Of a DNA stretch of 64,000 bases, positions 57,417 to 64,000 are shown in pieces. Origin of the DNA: Diplonema japonicum. Taxonomy: Eukaryota > Protista > Euglenozoa: Diplonemea. The notes under the pieces were generated by a model. It searched no databases. It was not told where the DNA came from and saw only the letters and a list, made by a program, of their open reading frames with translations. Positions within the stretch are counted from its first letter, which is position 1. Each line of letters starts with the position of its first letter. The stretch is taken from assembly GCA_964019335.1 (NCBI GenBank), contig OZ025690.1, forward strand, positions 248,001-312,000, read 5' to 3'. The translations under genes and the position numbers were made by a program.

Positions 57417-57627
57417 CCAGAGAAAAGCCGGCGCTCATACAATTTGTTGTTCACACGAGCAAAAAAAAAAAAAAAGAAGTTTTTAAAAAAAGCTGCGAAA
57501 ATCTTTTTCGTTTTTTTTTTTTTTTTTTTTTTTTTCGAAATAACAATGGACCCACCCGTGCGAAACTAGGGGGAAGAAATTAAAGGGAGGAGGATATCGG
57601 GGTGCACGGCGGAGGTTACAAAAAATA

Positions 57628-57698
57628 TTCACTATGATAGGAACGAAGTGGTTAGCAACGGCCCGCCGCGGTGGCGTGCCTACCTTATGATGCTCCCC
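57628..57698 (-). mobile_element. Short insertion ending in LINE tail 1
   Basis: Exact ttcactatgataggaacgaagtggttagcaac on +. Confidence 0.7.
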
Positions 57699-58146
57699 TT
57701 TCTTAAATATTTATTTTTCAAAGAAATGATGTTATAACTAAATGCAACTTGTGCCGGGCAAAAAACTTTCGCAGCTTTTTTTTTTTTCTTCTTTTTTTTT
57801 TTTTTTTTTCCTTTCTGCTCAGACACAAGTTGCATATAGTTATAAAAAATTGTTTTTTGAAAATGAATTTAACACAACTCAAACGGCGTCAGTACGACCA
57901 CCAGACGGCTCCAAGTGTCCCATAGAGTACATGGGGTGGGGGTTTTTGTAGCCACTACGGCGCCACCTCTCAGACATGGCGTGCCTGGTCTCACCCCTGT
58001 TTTGAGGTCTTTTAGTGTTTAGTCGACAGTTGCTCCGCCGCTTACCAAAAAGGAAAAAGAAAGAAGGAAACTTCCTCCTCCCCCCCTTTTTTTTTTGTTG
58101 TTGGAACCAGGAGTAGTAATCATGGCGCCAAAATGTTTCTATTTAA

Positions 58147-59536
58147 CCATCTACCAACGAGTGTCTTTATAAACACGATTTGAAAAAAAATCTTTTGCGC
58201 AAAGGGCTTTCAATGCAATAAGGCCCGGCCGAACAATGTGGCAAATGCGGCTAAAAAAGGTGTTACCCTGGATCTCGATGCTGCTTCTCTGCATACCTTC
58301 CTAGGTGCCCTTTTGTCGATGGACTTGGATATCAAGCCAGATTATTCTGATTACTGGTGCACTAGTTCCACGCCTCTCAACCACACCCCTGGGTACGCCA
58401 CCGTCATGTCAAGAGACCGCTTTTTGACTATTCTGAGAAATCTGTGTTTCCACAGCGAAACAAACAAGCGTGCTGACTTCTACCTTTCGCAAAGGCCTCC
58501 CGGAGATCACGGATGCCCCAAAGAAGCGAGGCCGCAAGCCCAAGGACGCGCGTCCTGTGGGGACACCCAGTTCCACCAGCACGTGAGCATCCTTTGCACC
58601 ACAACGTGGCATGACATCAAGCCTGAGCGCTTTCTGTCGACGTTGGATGTTCTGGTGAAGTCAAATTTGACGTGTCGGCCAAAAGAGAATGAAAGCCGGA
58701 AAGGACATCCTGCTCCCCACCAAGTGCATATTTACAACACCGCAATGGGCGGAACCGACGCTGGGTGACGCTGTGACAAAACGCCATAAACGCACCCTTA
58801 TGACTTCGAAGTGGCCCCTGAAAGTATTTTCGTACTTGTTAGATAAATCTCTGGCAAATGCCTAGCTCGTTTGGAAAGAAGCATTGCCCCCCAACACCCT
58901 GAGTACGAACGACAGTGGATTCACGCCTTTCAAAGAGGCAGTCATCGAAGGGCTACTAGGGAGGCTGTTTAAACAACAGCTAAAGTCAACTACAGAGCAG
59001 GCTGCCCCAATACCATGCCCCGAAACACAGAACGAGTGCCCTGGGACCCCAATGTGCCGTGACAGTACCTTCTGGGACCATTTCCCCGAAAAAGTAGCGC
59101 AACGTGCGGTACAAGCATGGCAAGTCGAAATGACCCCAGTTCCAGTGTTCAGTCTGCTTGGTACAACTTTGCGTGACTCCGTGCTTCAAAGACTACAACC
59201 TTCCAGGAATACCCCCCAAAAACCCCTCTCGGGGTCAAAAAAGAAGTCCCCCAGCCCTGGGGCACATACGAACCGCGTCAAGAAGGCCTTAAATAGCTTT
59301 TTATAGAATTTTACAGTCGATTTTTTTTTGACTTGTTTTTTGTACCCCCTCTCGGGCACTTCAGGAACGATATTTTTGGAATGTTGTGGGGGTGGGCTGG
59401 GCACCCTCTCTCTAGAATTGGGACATCTGGAGGCATTTCCGGGGGCATACAGCCCCGGCGTTGCGCTAGAATAGTTTTTTTTTGAAGTTTTGAAAATTTA
59501 CCCCCTGGTAGGCAAAAATGGTCCGTTGGTAGATGG
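58147..59536 (+). mobile_element. Decayed piggyBac-like DNA transposon
   Basis: TTAA-ccatctaccaacg ... cgttggtagatgg-TTAA; transposase remnants MSRDRFLTILRNL, YNTAMGGTD, KWPLKVFSYLLD and a Cys-rich C-terminus, broken by deletion, stops and frameshifts. Confidence 0.9.
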
Positions 59537-59552
59537 TTAAAAAAAAAAAAGA

Positions 59553-59603
59553 TTTTCACTATGATAGGAACGAAGTGGTTAGCAACGGCCCGCCAAAAGG
59601 GGG
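59553..59603 (-). mobile_element. ~50-nt tail-1 retro-insertion with target-site duplication
   Basis: Flanked by direct repeats ggtagatggttaaaaaaaaa..ga (from 59528 and 59604). Confidence 0.75.
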
Positions 59604-59880
59604 GGTAGATGGTTAAAAAAAAAGAAAAAAAAAGAAGAAGAAAAAGAAATAAGGCCGATATTCGCACTATTTCAAGACCATTTTACGCTCCACAATCGTA
59701 CTTCTTGGCCTTCAGTGTTGTGAAATGAAGTAAAATTGAGGAGTGCAATAATGTTATGAATATCGAACATAAGCCTTTAGTAACCAGGCAAAGAGGGGAA
59801 AAAGAAAAAAAAGAAGAAGAAGAAAAAAAGAGACATTAAAAAAAAAAAAAGAATATCGAAGTGGAGAGGAAAAAAGGTGG

Positions 59881-59912
<32 letters not shown>

Positions 59913-59987
59913 CCTTCCCCACTGGTTTCGCATTTCGCCCACGAAGACGAACGAGAGACCGGCGGAGAGGCCGCAACCTTTCACATC

Positions 59988-60308
59988 TTAACAGGGCCAT
60001 TGTGTGATTTCGATGTTATCACTTATGGGGTACACCGTGGGCGTCCATTCCTGAGGGAAATAAATTATTTCAATCCCTAATTCGGTTAAAGGCTTATGGT
60101 CTTCGTACTGCCAAGAAACGGTCATGGGTCGGTACAGCTCTCCTTCATACATTTCGCCTTCTTCTCCGTCCCAATCGTCTTCGCTCTGTGCTGCCTCTAC
60201 GACCTTCAGCCACTCAACCTCCTGCAGGTCCGCTAAATCTATATCAGCGCGCCCCACCATCAGTATAGTGATTTCTTCGAAGTTCGCTGTTACTGTTGCG
60301 GATTTCAT
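59988..60308 (-). CDS. Small acidic hypothetical protein
   Basis: MKSATVTANF... follows an A-run; coding-like composition. Confidence 0.6.
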   Translation of the reverse strand: MKSATVTANFEEITILMVGRADIDLADLQEVEWLKVVEAAQSEDDWDGEEGEMYEGELYRPMTVSWQYEDHKPLTELGIEIIYFPQEWTPTVYPISDNIEITQWPC

Positions 60309-60657
60309 TTTTTTTTTCTTTTTTTTTAAAATTCCTTGCGGCTTTGTGCGATAATCGTGACGGCGAAAAAAAGAAACTTTTTCAAAATAAAAAATAAAAA
60401 AAGAAAGAAAAATAAAAAAAAACCCAGAAGAAAGAGTGGTCGTAGCAATGTGCCCCTCCCCCCAAAAAAAAATCGAACAGCAATTGTCACCGGTCAATAG
60501 GGGTTTAAAAAAAAAGATAAAAACGTAGAAACGTTTTTTTTTTTTTTTTTTCCCTTTTTCCCCCCTCCCCTCTGTCATATGTACAGGATTAATATTTAGA
60601 ATAAAAAAATAAAAATAAAAAAACGAATTAGCGGATCCCTTTCCCTTTTTAAAGCGC

Positions 60658-60957
60658 TTAAACCGTGCGGAATGATCGCCTCCCGAAGGAGGCGGTCCGC
60701 CCTTGCAGCTCTCTTGCCTGTTCTTCTTCTTCCCTGCGGAGTTCTTCACCACACCTGGAGCAGTACCCCCGCTGGTCTTGACTTCCGAAGAACGGGCATC
60801 CTCGGGAAACGCAGTAGCTGGCCGTGGTCGTGAGCTCCCCCTCCTCCTCCTCAATTGGGTTGGTAAACTCCTTTATAGTGCTATGCCTAGAAGACACGTA
60901 GGCATCCGTCCCTGCAATCCTTGTCTGACCTGCTCTTCTGCCATGGGCAACATCCAT
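60658..60957 (-). CDS. Small A20-type zinc-finger protein
   Basis: YCVSRGCPFFGSQDQRGYCSRC; start MDVAHG at 60957. Confidence 0.8.
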   Translation of the reverse strand: MDVAHGRRAGQTRIAGTDAYVSSRHSTIKEFTNPIEEEEGELTTTASYCVSRGCPFFGSQDQRGYCSRCGEELRREEEEQARELQGRTASFGRRSFRTV

Positions 60958-61240
60958 TTTTCGTTTTCCTTTTTTTTTTCCCCCTCCTCCCCCTTCTTTC
61001 CCTCTTTTTTCCCTCTTTTCTTTTTTTTTTTCTTCTTTTTTTTTGTATTGTTTTCCGTTAATACTACCAAGAAAAAAAAGAAGAAAAAAAAAAAGGATAT
61101 TCGAACGCTGTGTTTTTTCCCGTTGTGCACACGAAAAAAAAAAAAAACTTTTTTTAAACAACAGGAAGCGGAGAGATAGAAGGTAAAAAAGGGGAAGTAA
61201 GTAGAAAAGAAGAAGGGGAAAAAAAAAAAAAAATACATAA

Positions 61241-61972
61241 CTAGCCAAGACCGTTTGTGAGCGGGTTCACAGGTGGTGGTCCGGCTCCATGTGGTGGGTA
61301 GGCGTACTGGTGCCCAGCATTGCGCTGCGGGTACGCAAAGGCGTGTTGCATTGTGGGGGGCTGCTCCGATTCTTCTTCCCGCATGCGGGCCTTCTCCTTT
61401 TCGTTGTTCTCAAGCTCTTTTTTCGCAACTTTTTTCATCTTGTTTTCCAGCCTCTGTTTCTTCGAGAATTTCTGGTAACCCACCCACGCAAGCCCGGCCA
61501 GCGGAATCCCAAGAATGGCCCCCACACCGACTACTCCTAGGATAGCCCCGGTGACAACGAGAAAACCTCCAAAGAAGAAAAGCAATGTTAATATTATACA
61601 GACCGCGAGAAGCTTTTTCCGACGGGAAGCAGTTTTACCGGTCTGCAGGAAAACGATTAGGCAAAGGACCAAGAAGGCCATCAGCCCTACATAAAGAGCA
61701 AGGGTCTCGTCGCCGTGGCTCGCTGACCCGACTGAGACGACAGTGAGGTTGGCGGGGGTGATAGGGGGTCCACTTGAATTGTAGCACTTTCCCCACCAAG
61801 TGGCTCCTTCGCCTAGCTTCGCCACGCACTCAACATCTGTCATCCCACGACACACATCTGAAGAGTTCGTATTTAACTGGACCACATCTTCACCGTATTT
61901 ACATAACACCAGACACCAACCAGTTTCGTTGGAATATTCGAAGAAATGCGGGCATTTCATAGAAGACGGCAT
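61241..61972 (-). CDS. Membrane protein with Cys-rich N-terminus, ~3 TM helices and Pro-rich tail
   Basis: 243-aa ORF; hydrophobic segments visible. Confidence 0.75.
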   Translation of the reverse strand: MPSSMKCPHFFEYSNETGWCLVLCKYGEDVVQLNTNSSDVCRGMTDVECVAKLGEGATWWGKCYNSSGPPITPANLTVVSVGSASHGDETLALYVGLMAFLVLCLIVFLQTGKTASRRKKLLAVCIILTLLFFFGGFLVVTGAILGVVGVGAILGIPLAGLAWVGYQKFSKKQRLENKMKKVAKKELENNEKEKARMREEESEQPPTMQHAFAYPQRNAGHQYAYPPHGAGPPPVNPLTNGLG

Positions 61973-62029
61973 ACCGCCTGTTGAATACTAAAAAAAAAAG
62001 GGGGGGTAAAAAAAAACAAAAAAAAAACA

Positions 62030-64000
62030 CTACAGGTTCCTTGCAATAGGCCCGTCAAGGTTCGCGGGTAAGATTTGTTGTATGGTTCCTTCTTCTTCGT
62101 CTTGTCGGGATCGGTGGCCGAACACCGAGAAGACCAGTTTGAATGGGGAGGTTAAAACAGAAGCAAGAGGATCGAGATGCAACAGTTTACGGATTCCGGT
62201 AAAGATCCCTATGGAGTAATGCTCCACGAGCTCTGTTAAAGCAATGACGCTCTCCGGCTGCACCAAAACCAAATCATCGATTGGAATATGCACGCTGGTG
62301 TGCGGCAACACAAACGACGCCTTCACAGAATAAGGCTCATGCGTGACGACAAAACAATCAGAATCACCGCTGCTTTCCGGTTCCGGGTTCTCATTTCTAT
62401 AAGCTGCCTTGCACCTCCACAGGAACGACACCAAATCGCTGTCGACAGTGATTTCAGGTTGGCAGTTTGTCTGCACGTTCAGTTCAAATAAGTTCCCCGT
62501 TTTCAGGTACGTCGCCCTTGTGACCAATCTGTTGCGTTTTGCAACCTTGGGTTTTCTGCAGAGGCTGAAAAAATCCGTGTCTCCTAATGAACATATAACC
62601 GGTCCGACAGAAAAAGTCCCCGACGATGCCGCCACCGCCACAGAGACGTCATCCACTGAACATACTAAAATCGACGAAGTTGAGCCATCGTGCAGATGGA
62701 GTGTTGTGTTAGGAAGCGATCCTGAAACAGCCCATTTGGGTGAAGATCGAGACGCCGTCGACGTTCTCGTAGGAAGGCAGCCCCGCCATTTACAAATTTC
62801 CGGTGTAACATCAAGCGTCGGTGTGGACGTGTCCGCCATCTCCCCGAAACGGATGGTTTGCTCCCGGAGATTGCACCCAACAGCAATGGTGTCCTCCACC
62901 CTCAAACGGACCCCCGTCACCGCGATATCGATGTCCCCACATAGCAGAAAAATGTTTTCAATAATCGGGTTTTTTACTTTTTTACCTCTGGTTTTGTTGT
63001 CCCCGCTTAAAAGACTCAAGATGAGCCCGTCGTGTGACATGTCTGAGTAGTCGATTTTAACAGAAGACGCCACACACGATACGTTCAAGGATTTGTTGAC
63101 GGTGAAGCTTAACATCCCGCATTGGGCGATCGGGGTGTTTTTCACACGGCCCTCCAAGAATATCTTGGTGGTTGTTAGATCGGTGCTGAGCAGGTTGGGA
63201 GAGTGCGTCCTTGCGACACATGTCACGCGTTCCGTGTGCGTCTCGTAACACAATTCCAACGACGGACCCTTTACACTAACATTGTTCAAATTGCACATAA
63301 ACACGGTTTCAGCATCCGTACCTTCACCGAACCTCGGGATGAAGCTTAATAAGCGAAGCAATGTGTCTTGCAGATTACTCACAGATGTTGGGATTTTCTC
63401 TGCCTCCACTGACACCACAGCGGTTTTATCGCTGGACATCTCTACCGTTCCGGGGTGTGAGGTGAGTAAGATGTTTTGAACTGTTGCCTTTCCTATCAAA
63501 TCGTTGTTGAGAATAAGCTCGATGCCGGTGGACTGGCATTTCAATTTCCCTCGGACTTGCCTTCCGAGAAGAACTGACAAAGAAACCGGTTCGGAGGTAA
63601 GCGCGACAAGCGAACCGTTTGAAGAGGCCGCTGCCGTCACACGCTCGATGTTCACGTTGATGGTGCGGTTCACCTTGTGTTCCTCTTGTTCTTGTTCTTG
63701 TTCGTGTTCTTCTTCCTCCTCCTCCTCTTCTTCATCCTCGAAATCATCCCGGCGTTGGACGGTGGAATAAAAAAAAACCCCATCACCACCACCGTCACCA
63801 TCACCTTCATTCCCATCCTTCTCTTGAACACACGTGTGCGTCGTGATCTCCGTCGCAGCGAAGGTAGTGTGCAGACCGGTTCCTCCCAAACAGGTTCTGA
63901 ACATAGAGGAAAGTTGAGTACTAGGATTGGGGTTGCTATGTTTGTCGGTAGAAGTAGTGGTGGGTAATAGACCCCTTGCTTTGAGAATGGCTCTGATTCT
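62030..64000 (-). CDS. C-terminal part of a large beta-rich protein, possibly VPS13/ATG2-like (partial)
   Basis: Frame is open to the window edge; LVEHYSIGIFTGIRKLLHLDPLASVLTSPF resembles VPS13/ATG2 C-terminal helices. Confidence 0.6.
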   Translation of the reverse strand, partial: RIRAILKARGLLPTTTSTDKHSNPNPSTQLSSMFRTCLGGTGLHTTFAATEITTHTCVQEKDGNEGDGDGGGDGVFFYSTVQRRDDFEDEEEEEEEEEHEQEQEQEEHKVNRTINVNIERVTAAASSNGSLVALTSEPVSLSVLLGRQVRGKLKCQSTGIELILNNDLIGKATVQNILLTSHPGTVEMSSDKTAVVSVEAEKIPTSVSNLQDTLLRLLSFIPRFGEGTDAETVFMCNLNNVSVKGPSLELCYETHTERVTCVARTHSPNLLSTDLTTTKIFLEGRVKNTPIAQCGMLSFTVNKSLNVSCVASSVKIDYSDMSHDGLILSLLSGDNKTRGKKVKNPIIENIFLLCGDIDIAVTGVRLRVEDTIAVGCNLREQTIRFGEMADTSTPTLDVTPEICKWRGCLPTRTSTASRSSPKWAVSGSLPNTTLHLHDGSTSSILVCSVDDVSVAVAASSGTFSVGPVICSLGDTDFFSLCRKPKVAKRNRLVTRATYLKTGNLFELNVQTNCQPEITVDSDLVSFLWRCKAAYRNENPEPESSGDSDCFVVTHEPYSVKASFVLPHTSVHIPIDDLVLVQPESVIALTELVEHYSIGIFTGIRKLLHLDPLASVLTSPFKLVFSVFGHRSRQDEEEGTIQQILPANLDGPIARNL

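Noticed and set aside
4870-61238. Many poly-Lys/poly-Phe ORFs and Lys/Phe-rich N-terminal extensions in the ORF track
   Set aside because: They are translations of intergenic or intronic homopolymer runs; real starts lie after the A-runs.
349-63967. Plus-strand ORFs overlapping the minus-strand genes
   Set aside because: Antisense shadows with no recognisable motifs; only the piggyBac remnant is credible on +.

Overview
Eukaryotic (protist) genomic DNA, most consistent with a diplonemid-type euglenozoan. This assignment is inference from gene families and architecture, not a database match. About 25 host genes all lie on the minus strand, as in a polycistronic unit. They are separated by homopolymer-rich spacers, usually have an A-run just before the ATG, and are split by tiny (29-66 nt) GT-AG introns that often carry poly(A) instead of a polypyrimidine tract. 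Manual splicing reveals genes or domains missing from the ORF track: Sec61-beta, a CenH3-like histone H3 variant, a SAP domain on a coiled-coil protein, a WW domain on a pseudo-metacaspase, and an RRM protein. The spacers hold a retroelement ecosystem. It includes fragments of an APE-type LINE clade whose copies mostly end in T-rich rather than poly(A) sequence, one copy with a ~90-bp target-site duplication, and orphan stem-loop 3' tails. It also includes two unrelated families of short non-autonomous elements that begin at (or within 2 nt of) G1 of a predicted HDV-like self-cleaving ribozyme, one of which carries exchangeable LINE-type tails. A decayed piggyBac with intact TIRs and TTAA sites, and several MITE/foldback elements, are also present.
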